This document shows, piece by piece, positions 8,901 through 16,520 of a stretch of 20,000 nucleotides of DNA. Within the stretch, counting starts at the first letter, position 1. The number at the start of each line of letters is the position of its first letter. The translations under genes and the position numbers were made by a program. The stretch is taken from IMG/VR virus record IMGVR_UViG_3300033148_003111, one strand, 5' to 3'. The notes under the pieces are model-generated. The model worked only from the letters and a program-made list of their open reading frames with translations, made no database searches and was not told the DNA's origin. The DNA comes from an uncultured virus (IMG/VR IMGVR_UViG_3300033148_003111). Its lineage: Duplodnaviria > Heunggongvirae > Uroviricota > Caudoviricetes.

Positions 8901-9332
8901 ATGTTTTCAAGAGACACACAAAGAACTTTTAATAAGTTGAAATCCAAGCTGATCGATCTCTATATCGGCAACAAGACTGACGCGGAGATCCTGATCGACA
9001 TCACTTTCAGGCGGTGCATCAAGGCAGACCGTGACCATCACCGTGACCCCAGGATTTACATGCACGTTGGATGTGAGGATATGATCATCTGCGTTAGTAG
9101 CTCCATCGAGCTTCTTGGACAAAAAAACTTGCAGGGATTGTTCCTGCATGAGATAGGCCACACTATCCACATGGAACTTCCTGACCTTCTTGAGAACGTA
9201 CTAGACGATGAAGAGTTGGTGATGATCGAGAACATGGATGACGACGAGATCGTTGCCGACTACATTATTGACCGACTCTTCGGAATCCATATTTACTACG
9301 ATGACAAGAAGGTCCAGTGGGCGGTGATATAA
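8901..9332 (+). CDS. HExxH zincin-like protein
   Basis: GLFLHEIGHTIH followed by downstream EIVAD. GGAGG RBS. Confidence 0.65.
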   Translation: MFSRDTQRTFNKLKSKLIDLYIGNKTDAEILIDITFRRCIKADRDHHRDPRIYMHVGCEDMIICVSSSIELLGQKNLQGLFLHEIGHTIHMELPDLLENVLDDEELVMIENMDDDEIVADYIIDRLFGIHIYYDDKKVQWAVI

Positions 9333-9499
9333 TGTACTACTCCCTTTCCCGAAACAAAGAACCAGTCAAGGCGGGTGTCGGGATGATCGGCATCATTATA
9401 GCCTTGGGGATCGGCGTTGTAAGCTGGATGATTTTCAAATCTCCAAAGAAGTACAAGCCGAAATCCTCAAGGCGAGTGACGCCGAAGCCCTTACCGTAA
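9332..9499 (+). CDS. Small single-pass membrane protein with basic tail (55 aa)
   Basis: TAATG overlap. GVGMIGIIIALGIGVVSWMIF transmembrane helix followed by a Lys/Arg-rich tail. Confidence 0.7.
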   Translation: MYYSLSRNKEPVKAGVGMIGIIIALGIGVVSWMIFKSPKKYKPKSSRRVTPKPLP

Positions 9500-9510
9500 A
9501 GGTCTGCTAT
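9492..9510. repeat. 19-bp direct repeat copy A (TACCGTAAAGGTCTGCTAT)
   Basis: Identical to 10028-10046. Contains the TAA stop of 9332-9499. Confidence 0.9.
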
Positions 9511-9515
9511 CCGTT

Positions 9516-9713
9516 CTACGGATCGCTCATTGTGTTTGGCAACATATCAACTGCCTCGCCATCAATCTCCACCGTTCCATGATTTTCTATATTTTTCGCA
9601 CTTAGGCGGAAATAATCTGATGGACTACTTGCATCGGTAAATTCTCCTTCTTCCACCATGACAGTCTTTAATGCATCCTGATCTTCTGCGGTTAATACAT
9701 AGTAAGTTGCCAT
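9516..9713 (-). CDS. Hypothetical acidic protein (65 aa, MATYYVLTAEDQ...)
   Basis: Purine-rich RBS (AAGGACAAGAGG) before ATG 9713. Lies within the repeat-flanked segment. Confidence 0.6.
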   Translation of the reverse strand: MATYYVLTAEDQDALKTVMVEEGEFTDASSPSDYFRLSAKNIENHGTVEIDGEAVDMLPNTMSDP

Positions 9714-9726
9714 CCTCTTGTCCTTT

Positions 9727-10008
9727 CTACCGTAAGGGACAGGTCGTTTCTGAACAGCCCTCGCACTCATGGTTGCAATTAAGTTCGCGCTCTATCCACT
9801 CTCTGTATTGATCTCTCTCTTCCTTTAATTCGCGCTCAGATGTGCGGGGAAGACACTCGGGGTTTGTGCTTAGAATATACAATCCCATCCCAACACCCCA
9901 TAGGCACTTGCCATCTCGCTTTGTGTCTCCGCGAGCACCAAAAAACATTGGGCGCGACATCTTCTCGAAATGATCGCAATCCCCACATGTATATTCATCT
10001 TTTTCCAT
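9727..10008 (-). CDS. Cys-rich hypothetical protein (93 aa)
   Basis: AGGAGG RBS. CGDCDHF...GKC...C and a C-terminal CNHECEGC..TCP. Confidence 0.7.
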   Translation of the reverse strand: MEKDEYTCGDCDHFEKMSRPMFFGARGDTKRDGKCLWGVGMGLYILSTNPECLPRTSERELKEERDQYREWIERELNCNHECEGCSETTCPLR

Positions 10009-10027
10009 TTTTCCTCCTAGATGAATC

Positions 10028-10046
10028 TACCGTAAAGGTCTGCTAT
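10028..10046. repeat. 19-bp direct repeat copy B (TACCGTAAAGGTCTGCTAT)
   Basis: Identical to 9492-9510. Contains the minus-strand TAG stop of 10043-10249. Confidence 0.9.
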
Positions 10047-10249
10047 AAGCGTTGTTTTGACGGGTTTTTATTTAGCACCACCACCATAGTAACCTGCTGT
10101 CCTTCTTCTGCTTTCAGATCAACATTCCAGAATATGTAATCATCCGTATCTAATACGGTGAAGTCGGTGGGCATGACATCAATAAGACCCTTACAGGCCA
10201 TTTCTGCCGCTTCAACATCTGCTCTCCAGAATACCTCGTACTTTTTCAT
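10043..10249 (-). CDS. Hypothetical protein (MKKYEVFWRAD...)
   Basis: GGAG RBS before ATG 10249. Confidence 0.65.
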   Translation of the reverse strand: MKKYEVFWRADVEAAEMACKGLIDVMPTDFTVLDTDDYIFWNVDLKAEEGQQVTMVVVLNKNPSKQRL

Positions 10250-10259
10250 TTTCACTCCC

Positions 10260-10290
10260 AACCCATCAAAATGCGACTTTTGATAGGGTT
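10260..10290. promoter_or_regulatory. Stem-loop (AACCC-ATCAAAA / TGCGAC loop / TTTTGAT-A-GGGTT), 12-bp stem with one bulge
   Basis: Inverted repeat read directly, immediately upstream of the RBS of the 10249 gene. No U-tract, so the role is uncertain. Confidence 0.4.
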
Positions 10291-10540
10291 ATCTCGATAG
10301 CATCCCTGGTTTGGTTTTCCAGACCTTCTCGAACGTGACCATCGCATTCCCGCAAATCACCATGCGATAGTTCTCGAAGCGGTAGTAGACCGTCTTCTCC
10401 ATCTTCTTTATCTCAATGCCCTTCTCTTTCGCGCTCTCCTGGTGACGCAGCATCCGCTCCGCTGCGATCTCCGGGGGAAGGTTCTCTTCTGAATAGCATG
10501 TTCCGTGATGTAGGTGTTGTGGGGATCTATTCCGTTTCCG
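10289..10540 (-). pseudogene. Probable frameshifted gene remnant
   Basis: Protein-like segments in different frames: IDPHNTYITEHAIQ, then ENLPPEIAAERMLRHQ...YYRFENYRMVICGNAMVTFEKV. No single frame with a good start covers both. Confidence 0.35.
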
Positions 10541-10742
10541 ATTTCATCATTATTGCTGGTTCCTTCTTCTCTTTCTTCACCAGCACCGGCACCACTTCCC
10601 ATTTTTCCGGTTCCTCCATCCCGTGTTCCCTGAAATAATCCGCCAAACTGAAAGCCTGGAAGACCTGGATACACCCCATATTGATGTACCAATCCCCGGT
10701 TTCCATGTTTTCAATCACGTAACCTTTTTTGAGTTCTCTCAT
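10527..10742 (-). CDS. Hypothetical protein (MRELKKGYVIEN...)
   Basis: TGATG overlap with the upstream gene's stop. Confidence 0.6.
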   Translation of the reverse strand: MRELKKGYVIENMETGDWYINMGCIQVFQAFSLADYFREHGMEEPEKWEVVPVLVKKEKKEPAIMMKSETE

Positions 10743-11194
10743 CACGGCTCCAGGCCTTGACCAGCTTTCCACCTAGCCATTATCTCCAAGAAACACGCCC
10801 GGTAGTATTTGTTGTACATCACCCAGGCCAGGAGAGTAGTGAGAGGCCAGATGACTAGCATGAATAGACCTAAAATCCAACACTGGCGGCGATGCTCATC
10901 TTCATGGTCGTACAACTGGTGCTGCCACTTGCTCCACTTGGATATATCCTTGTTGAATCTATCCGCCTTGACAAAATTAAAAGCTGCCAGGTTGTTAGCG
11001 GTGAATCGACCTCGCAAGAACCACAGGCTGTCTACCAGAACCCAGACCCGTAATCCCTCCCGGTGATAGAAATCGATTGCGCCTCCGTATGCCAGCACAT
11101 TGACCAGAAGTATCACCAGGAGCAATAACAACCCCAGGATGGTAATCGGCAACGCCCAGATGAATCCAAGTATCTCCCAGAACCAGAATTTCAT
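10742..11194 (-). CDS. Membrane protein with HExxH motif
   Basis: N-terminal transmembrane segment (ILGFIWALPITILGLLLL), HEDEHRRQCWILG, second transmembrane segment, YY..CFLE. GGAGG RBS. Confidence 0.7.
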   Translation of the reverse strand: MKFWFWEILGFIWALPITILGLLLLLVILLVNVLAYGGAIDFYHREGLRVWVLVDSLWFLRGRFTANNLAAFNFVKADRFNKDISKWSKWQHQLYDHEDEHRRQCWILGLFMLVIWPLTTLLAWVMYNKYYRACFLEIMARWKAGQGLEP

Positions 11195-11222
11195 TTATTC
11201 CTCCAAATTCTCGGGGGTCTAG

Positions 11223-11657
11223 TTATTTTTTTCCTGCTTCGCCAGAGTCCGTAGTAGGACCAGATGACGTGGCAGGTACAATCGATCCACTTGATGAATT
11301 CTTCGGCCCTTCTTGTAACACCCCTAATTTTTTGGGTGATCCACATATCAAATACCCCTTATCGGTGGCCCGCAGCATTCGGAATTCCCCGCCTTTCGGA
11401 TGATTCTTCATAGGATACCATCCGTGTATGACATTGAACTGCGGATTCCTGGGATGCAGCATGTCCACACCCTCTCTGATGTCGGACAGCTTTTCATCTA
11501 TCTCCCTCGCAGAATGAAAAACAATGATGACCATCACCACAAGGACTACCGAGATGAAAAGCAGGAAGCACGATTGGACCGCTAGATGCCATGCTTGCTT
11601 CGCTTCCAGCCTAGAAAGTTGGAATCCTACATCGTTTTCCTGGTCGAGATTTCCCAT
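11223..11657 (-). CDS. Single-pass membrane hypothetical protein
   Basis: Transmembrane segment CFLLFISVVLVVMVIIVF. Confidence 0.65.
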   Translation of the reverse strand: MGNLDQENDVGFQLSRLEAKQAWHLAVQSCFLLFISVVLVVMVIIVFHSAREIDEKLSDIREGVDMLHPRNPQFNVIHGWYPMKNHPKGGEFRMLRATDKGYLICGSPKKLGVLQEGPKNSSSGSIVPATSSGPTTDSGEAGKK

Positions 11658-11874
11658 GTTTTTTCCTTTTCCTTTTTCTCATCGAAGTTGGATGAATCGA
11701 ATCAAATACATATCCCTTGGTTCCGCACTTCGGACAGGTCGGACTCCACTTGAATCTATTTCTAAAGGTCCAGTGACCATGACTGATGATTAACTCCCAG
11801 AGATATCCGCAACATTTCCACTGTCTCAGTGTCCAGTATTGTTTTCTGAATCCTGGGACTTGGATGTGCAGCAT
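11611..11874 (-). CDS. Zn-ribbon-like protein with basic tail
   Basis: WKCCG ... CPKCG motif. Confidence 0.55.
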   Translation of the reverse strand: MLHIQVPGFRKQYWTLRQWKCCGYLWELIISHGHWTFRNRFKWSPTCPKCGTKGYVFDSIHPTSMRKRKRKKHGKSRPGKRCRIPTF

Positions 11875-12129
11875 CTAATACCTCGGGACATCCATCACTC
11901 CCATCGCCAGCTTCTTCTTCCTTGCCATCCAGAGAAGCATCACCACCTTGCCGCGCTTCTGTTCTATGATCTGACTCCTGGGAATCCACTCTTCCCGATC
12001 CCCGAACTGGAACTTGATTGCATCCTTGCTGCGGCGAATCTCCCCGTCATGCGGGACGATGGCCACCTGCTCATTGCGAATATATCCCTGCCCTTCAACC
12101 CTGCGCCTTTCGATCCTAACCTCTCTCAT
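11875..12129 (-). CDS. Phage-type small beta-rich hypothetical protein
   Basis: SKDAI...EEWIPRSQI...WMARKK resembles the common phage 'KA..WxPKSQ..WxA' pattern. ATGA overlap. Confidence 0.65.
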   Translation of the reverse strand: MREVRIERRRVEGQGYIRNEQVAIVPHDGEIRRSKDAIKFQFGDREEWIPRSQIIEQKRGKVVMLLWMARKKKLAMGVMDVPRY

Positions 12130-12611
12130 GCCTTTTTCTTCCCCGCGCCCATGTCCCGCGCTATCTGCCGGTCCCTCTGCGTTCGTTCAGCTTTCTTCCT
12201 GCGATGGTAATCCGCACCTGCTTTCCCGGCCTTCTTTTTTCGCTCGGTTTTTCCGGTAGATCTGGCATCGCGGCCCCCACCTGGACGGTACTTTTGGGCA
12301 TCCTTTTTCATCCTCCAGGCCCGGAACTCCTGCTCCAGCTTGGAGTGTACCGGAGCGGCCTGAGGAATCGCACGACCCATGAGTTTCAAGATTTCCTCTG
12401 CTTCCGGGAGACTGAACGAAAAGATTTTCTCGCCGCGAACAAACTGGATGCTGACCTTGTTCCTGCCGTTGCGTCTTTTTCCATCCGGTGATTGGAAGAC
12501 CGGATGCTGTTCGACGGCCAGGACGGAAATCTTCTTTCCCTTTACATCGACGTAGCCATTGTAGATTTCTTTTGTGGTCTTGAATTCAACCAGTTTGTCT
12601 CTTCGTTCCAT
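12126..12611 (-). CDS. Basic hypothetical protein, possibly nucleic-acid binding
   Basis: Beta-rich N-domain plus helix, very Lys/Arg-rich C-terminal tail. RBS present. Confidence 0.65.
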   Translation of the reverse strand: MERRDKLVEFKTTKEIYNGYVDVKGKKISVLAVEQHPVFQSPDGKRRNGRNKVSIQFVRGEKIFSFSLPEAEEILKLMGRAIPQAAPVHSKLEQEFRAWRMKKDAQKYRPGGGRDARSTGKTERKKKAGKAGADYHRRKKAERTQRDRQIARDMGAGKKKA

Positions 12612-12969
12612 TTTTTCTCTTCCTCCGCGCTGCCCTCTTTTTTCTGGATTCCTTTTCGCGTTTATATGCTGCCACGGCTATCTTGTTTAGCCGATCATAC
12701 ATGCCTTTTAATTCATCAACTATTTTCTTCCCGCTTTTCCATCCCTCCACGTAATCGGATTTAACAATCCTCTCAATCTCTTCGGCGGCGGAACCAAACA
12801 GCATAGCATCCCACTTGAATACATCGGTTAGCTTATCCAGAACCGATGCCGCCATTATAACTTCCTGGTCGTTTTTACTACTCAGTCCCATGTAAATTAT
12901 ACTTCTGATTCCATTCAGCCAATCCGCCGCAGTATCGTTTTGCCACGGTTTGTATCCCCAGGTTCCCAT
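12586..12969 (-). CDS. DUF4259-like protein
   Basis: N-terminal MGTWGYKPWQNDTAADWL matches the MGxWG..F/W.NDxAxDW signature. GGAGG RBS. Confidence 0.7.
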   Translation of the reverse strand: MGTWGYKPWQNDTAADWLNGIRSIIYMGLSSKNDQEVIMAASVLDKLTDVFKWDAMLFGSAAEEIERIVKSDYVEGWKSGKKIVDELKGMYDRLNKIAVAAYKREKESRKKRAARRKRKNGTKRQTG

Positions 12970-13191
12970 TTATTCCTCCATGTCCATTCTCCCTTTTAGA
13001 TTTAACTTCTCACAACTGAAAGCATGATTCAACCCGCAAGAATTACAGGGCCGGTTTGGATTCAACTCACTCGTATCGTGACCGAAGCACCCACAGGCCG
13101 GTAGAAGACAATCATCGGTCGGAGTTACGATCCATTTCCTGCCGCACATTGGACATCTACTTTTACCCGCGTGGATCATATTGAGGTACAT
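12970..13191 (-). CDS. Cys-rich small protein (putative multi-Zn binding)
   Basis: CPMC, DDCLLPACGC, PCNSC..H..C. TAATG overlap. Confidence 0.7.
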   Translation of the reverse strand: MYLNMIHAGKSRCPMCGRKWIVTPTDDCLLPACGCFGHDTSELNPNRPCNSCGLNHAFSCEKLNLKGRMDMEE

Positions 13192-13406
13192 TATTGCTCC
13201 TTCTCTATTGGCTTGTAAATTCCGGCCTCACCCGACATCCTCGCAAGGGCTATAAGCACCTTGGGATGGCTGAATACTCCATCCTTGTAGTCGTGCGGGA
13301 CGTTATCTATTTCCTCGAAAAACTTTTTCACGGTTTCAACCAGCCGGTCATATTCCTTGCGGCATTCCTTTTCAACTATCTCTCTACAATCTGGGCAGAC
13401 ACCCAT
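13191..13406 (-). CDS. Hypothetical protein (71 aa)
   Basis: AGGAG RBS, CPDC N-terminus, helical. Confidence 0.65.
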   Translation of the reverse strand: MGVCPDCREIVEKECRKEYDRLVETVKKFFEEIDNVPHDYKDGVFSHPKVLIALARMSGEAGIYKPIEKEQ

Positions 13407-13415
13407 GTTATTCTC

Positions 13416-13790
13416 CTATGGATACTGGTTACAAGAATTCACTGCAAAATCCATCCACTTCTTCTGGCACTCGCCCTCATCGTCAGTGCAATCCTTGGCA
13501 AGCCTGTATTCATTCTTGGAGTAGTCGGAACCCACCGGGGCACAGTTGTACGGATCATACGGGATGATCCTCGACCCCATCGAGATGCATCCATCGGTTG
13601 CGTAGAAAAAGGTGTTTAACTCTTCACCCCGATTCCACAACCTGCACCAGCAACAGGATTTGCTGGAACAAGCGGAATCCACGGAATCGATGTAAATCCT
13701 ATTTGCTTGGTCGCAAATATTCTCTTTCTCAACTGTCTCACCACCGCAGGATGCAACCAACACGATTGAAATCAAAATCACTTTTACCAT
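13416..13790 (-). CDS. Cys-rich lipoprotein
   Basis: Signal peptide MVKVILISIVLVAS|CGG with lipobox, many Cys in the mature part. GGAGG RBS. Confidence 0.7.
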   Translation of the reverse strand: MVKVILISIVLVASCGGETVEKENICDQANRIYIDSVDSACSSKSCCWCRLWNRGEELNTFFYATDGCISMGSRIIPYDPYNCAPVGSDYSKNEYRLAKDCTDDEGECQKKWMDFAVNSCNQYP

Positions 13791-13791
13791 T

Positions 13792-14088
13792 TCAGCCTCC
13801 TTTTCCCCACTTGTTCAATCTATCTATGGTTTCGTTGATGTCTCTCACCTTTTTTGAAACCGTGTTCTCATATCCCTTCAAATCTTCGGTACTGCACTGT
13901 TCCCAATTATCCCTGCCGGGAGCGCAGAACCGCATGGGACCGCAGAGTTTTCCGCTCGGTGAGTCATGGTAGAATCCATCATCGATTACAATGATGTCAC
14001 AATCCTCACCACCCCCGAAGGTTCCCTTCCTGGCATCCTTAGACATCGTGATGCCGCAACCGAAACATCTCCAGTAGTGGTCATTCAT
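13792..14088 (-). CDS. Zn-finger-like protein (CxxC..H..CGP) with C-terminal coiled coil
   Basis: WRCFGC...DDGFYH...LCGPM. GAGGTG RBS. Confidence 0.65.
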   Translation of the reverse strand: MNDHYWRCFGCGITMSKDARKGTFGGGEDCDIIVIDDGFYHDSPSGKLCGPMRFCAPGRDNWEQCSTEDLKGYENTVSKKVRDINETIDRLNKWGKGG

Positions 14089-14139
14089 GCGCCCACCTCA
14101 TTCCTCGCGGCACACGCCATAACGATACCCTTTAATTCA

Positions 14140-14367
14140 TTATACGGCCACCGTTACCTGTTGATTCTTCTCGATCAACTTCCCGACAATCCTCACCATT
14201 GTCTTGATTTCTTCCGTCATAGATTCATCCTTGCCATCATCTACAACGTAGAGAAGCAGGACACCATTGATGTAATCCTCGACGCTTATGTCTTTTTTAT
14301 CGGCTAATTCTTTTACCTGTTTCTGGAGCTTCTTACCCAGACTCAGTACCGGATTCTTTTTTGACAC
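14140..14367 (-). CDS. Ribbon-helix-helix/CopG-like DNA-binding protein
   Basis: PVLSLGKKLQKQVKELADKKDISVEDYINGVL fits an RHH pattern. GGAGG RBS before GTG 14367. Confidence 0.55.
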   Translation of the reverse strand: MSKKNPVLSLGKKLQKQVKELADKKDISVEDYINGVLLLYVVDDGKDESMTEEIKTMVRIVGKLIEKNQQVTVAV

Positions 14368-14542
14368 GATTCCCTCCAAGCCAATTTTCCACGCTACCCC
14401 ACCACTTTATCGCCCACTCCAGACATTGATTACACGTCACCTTCGATTTATCTAAGGTAAATGAATCATAAATAGGTCCACAAACTGCCCTTGGCTTGGT
14501 CCCTTCTGGCACAGGACTCATCTTGTAGTGAATAGTGCTCAT
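14333..14542 (-). CDS. Small Zn-binding protein (H..CG..TCxxC)
   Basis: IHY...VCGP...VTCNQC. ATGA overlap. Confidence 0.6.
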   Translation of the reverse strand: MSTIHYKMSPVPEGTKPRAVCGPIYDSFTLDKSKVTCNQCLEWAIKWWGSVENWLGGNRVKKESGTESG

Positions 14543-14901
14543 CTCAAAGCCAAGACCTCACTTGGGTCATCTAAATTCATCTTAATGATTTCATCGTATA
14601 GCTCGTTCATGCTCAAGCTGTAAACCACGTTGAGAATCCGGTAAAGGCAGTACAGCGAGCCTCGCATCTTAATCTGGTCCGCAATTTCTTCCGCTATGCC
14701 TGGATTGATTCTCAAGGCTATTCTGCAAGCCATTATCAATCTCGCCGCTCCTGCTTGAACCTGGCATTTCTCGCTGTCCCTCCAGCGATGTTCCCACTTA
14801 TGAACGGTCATGAGTGAGACACCAATTACCTGAGCGAACTGCTCGACAGATAGACCCAGATCATTTCGGGTCTTTTTTATCCGCTCCGCTCTAATCTGCA
14901 T
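14539..14901 (-). CDS. XRE-family helix-turn-helix regulator
   Basis: IKKTRNDLGLSVEQFAQVIGVSLMTVHKWE, a canonical HTH_3-like motif. Confidence 0.8.
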   Translation of the reverse strand: MQIRAERIKKTRNDLGLSVEQFAQVIGVSLMTVHKWEHRWRDSEKCQVQAGAARLIMACRIALRINPGIAEEIADQIKMRGSLYCLYRILNVVYSLSMNELYDEIIKMNLDDPSEVLALR

Positions 14902-15283
14902 CGGGATTTTCTTCTAAAATCGTTATTTTCTTATTGGTCTTTTTTTCCATGTATTCCTTGAACAAGCCCTCGATGTCAATCCCACGTTCCCGCAAGGCAT
15001 CAAGAAATCCCACGAACAAAAAGGTGGGGATCATCCGGTGGATCTTTGCGACATCCGGGTTCTCCTGCTTCGCGCTGGATTGAAGCCAGTAATCGCACAA
15101 GGTCCACCCCACATCAAGAACCCAATCGTGAGGATTCAACACCTTTTTCTGGACCTTCTCAAACTTCTTCCATAGGGTTCTGTAGAACTTGACTACGTGC
15201 TGGCCGATGATAAGATTCTGAGTTTTGTGGCGCTGATTCCATTCTTCATCGCTCATGTCAACTTTTTTCTTCATGTCCACCAT
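14891..15283 (-). CDS. Hypothetical protein (130 aa)
   Basis: GGAGG RBS, helical. Confidence 0.7.
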   Translation of the reverse strand: MVDMKKKVDMSDEEWNQRHKTQNLIIGQHVVKFYRTLWKKFEKVQKKVLNPHDWVLDVGWTLCDYWLQSSAKQENPDVAKIHRMIPTFLFVGFLDALRERGIDIEGLFKEYMEKKTNKKITILEENPDAD

Positions 15284-15320
15284 CCACCTCCAGGTTTCTT
15301 GTGTAAACAGGCTTTTTATC

Positions 15321-15575
15321 TTAAATCTCTTTCTTGAGTTCTTCTTCCCTATCTATCTGTTGATTGATTCGATGATGCCAATATATTTTCCAGGCACGAT
15401 GGAAGGCAAGTAGAGGTTCCCTGGCGTTCCCGATAGCAATTGTCTCAGATACAACATCATCCATGATCTCTCTAATTTCAACACCGTAATATCCATTGCC
15501 TCGATTATCGACCACCATCTCGAATTCGATTCGTTCACCAGGATGTAGTCCGGTTTTAATTGTCGCTGTCTTCAT
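15321..15575 (-). CDS. Hypothetical protein (MKTATIKTG...)
   Basis: ATG 15575 overlaps the 3' end of the upstream gene. Protein-like composition. Confidence 0.6.
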   Translation of the reverse strand: MKTATIKTGLHPGERIEFEMVVDNRGNGYYGVEIREIMDDVVSETIAIGNAREPLLAFHRAWKIYWHHRINQQIDREEELKKEI

Positions 15576-16176
15576 TATCAACTTCGAGATTCCTTCCGTA
15601 CAGTGATTCGATTTTCTCAGCTTCACCCACTCTCAGGAACTTCTCGGTCTTCACCAAATCACGGACCTTATCCACCGGCCAGCCGAACATCTTAGCCAGC
15701 TTGTGAATCTCCACGACCGGGCCGCACTGTTCAGCCAACCCCCCTCTGCGCTCGGATTGGACATTGTGATGCCTGACATCTCCCTCAGTGACCAGTTGCC
15801 AGTTGTAAAACGTATTTTTGCATTTCATACAGATATATTCAGTTACTAGATCTTGCCCGGTTTCGATCTCTACCACAGGCCCGCAGTAGTAGTCTCCCAT
15901 CGTGGTCCCGTGGATAACATGGTAATGTTCGTACCCACCATCCCCCAGGACAATGAGGGATTTATGTTCCTCGGTGAAATCCCGACCGCAGGATTTACAC
16001 CACCACTTTTTCCCTCGGGCAAGAAGATCTTTTCTCCAATGTTCAGTAAGTTCCTGCATCACTGTCCTGTTCCGTTCGGTCTTGCGGTTGAATTCAGCTA
16101 AATTTCTCCCGATTGTAACATCTATCCTAGTTACATCAACAAGGCTAGTATCGATGTGTTGAGGAATTGGACTCAA
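15556..16176 (-). CDS. Protein with two tandem CxxC..H..CGPVVEI Zn-binding-like repeats
   Basis: WWCKSC...HYH...YCGPVVEIE and YICMKC...HHN...QCGPVVEIH. AAAGGAG RBS before TTG 16176. Confidence 0.7.
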   Translation of the reverse strand: MSPIPQHIDTSLVDVTRIDVTIGRNLAEFNRKTERNRTVMQELTEHWRKDLLARGKKWWCKSCGRDFTEEHKSLIVLGDGGYEHYHVIHGTTMGDYYCGPVVEIETGQDLVTEYICMKCKNTFYNWQLVTEGDVRHHNVQSERRGGLAEQCGPVVEIHKLAKMFGWPVDKVRDLVKTEKFLRVGEAEKIESLYGRNLEVDNEDSDN

Positions 16177-16217
16177 CTATTTCCCACTCCTTTCTCTTTT
16201 TCTTTTCGGTGGCTCGG

Positions 16218-16226
16218 ATTATAACA
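16218..16226 (-). promoter_or_regulatory. Extended -10 promoter-like element TGTTATAAT
   Basis: Perfect TGnTATAAT in an intergenic gap about 40 nt upstream of the 16176 start. No good -35. Confidence 0.5.
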
Positions 16227-16239
16227 GACGGTCAGCTAT

Positions 16240-16326
16240 TTAAAAAGATGTATCTACAAGCTCATATATTTTTTCTTCTCCCATTGGTTGATCATAGTAT
16301 GGTTTTTTTACTCTTATCTCTGTCAT
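16240..16326 (-). CDS. Micro-ORF, 28 aa (MTEIRVKKPYYDQPMGEEKIYELVDTSF)
   Basis: AGGGAGAG RBS. Fills an intergenic gap. Confidence 0.4.
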   Translation of the reverse strand: MTEIRVKKPYYDQPMGEEKIYELVDTSF

Positions 16327-16349
16327 CTCTCTCCCTTCTTGGGTTTATA

Positions 16350-16520
16350 TCATTTTCTCTGCTTGAATTTCTTCCCTTTAATTCTCTGCCTGTAGGTCAA
16401 CGTGCCGGTCCATCCACAATCGCACCACACCTTGATTATTAAAACTCCTTGTGCCACGGAGGTTTTGTCGAAATTAAGCCCCCCGGCTTCTTTACACCTT
16501 GGGCATCTGTTGAAACTCAT
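16350..16520 (-). CDS. Zn-ribbon protein, 56 aa (MSFNRCPRC...WCDCGWTG...)
   Basis: Translated by hand. CPRC/CDC pairs, GGAGG RBS, TAATG overlap. Confidence 0.65.
   Translation of the reverse strand: MSFNRCPRCKEAGGLNFDKTSVAQGVLIIKVWCDCGWTGTLTYRQRIKGKKFKQRK

Noticed and set aside
9325..9333. TGATATAAT on the + strand
   Set aside because: It coincides with a GGTGA RBS and TAATG stop/start overlap, and no + strand gene lies downstream for it to drive. Likely coincidental.
9492..10046. CRISPR array or integron attC interpretation of the 19-bp repeats
   Set aside because: Only two full copies 536 bp apart with gene-sized inserts. No cas genes and no RYYYAAC/GTTRRRY attC architecture.
11192..12980. 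14-bp repeat CATTTATTCCTCCA at 11192 and 12967
   Set aside because: It is the RBS-spacer-ATG (TGGAGGAATAAATG) of two genes and is explained by translation-initiation consensus.
15556..16176. Diversity-generating retroelement TR/VR pair for the CGPVVEI repeats
   Set aside because: Similarity is at the protein level with diverged codons, not adenine-specific mismatches, and no reverse transcriptase is in the window.
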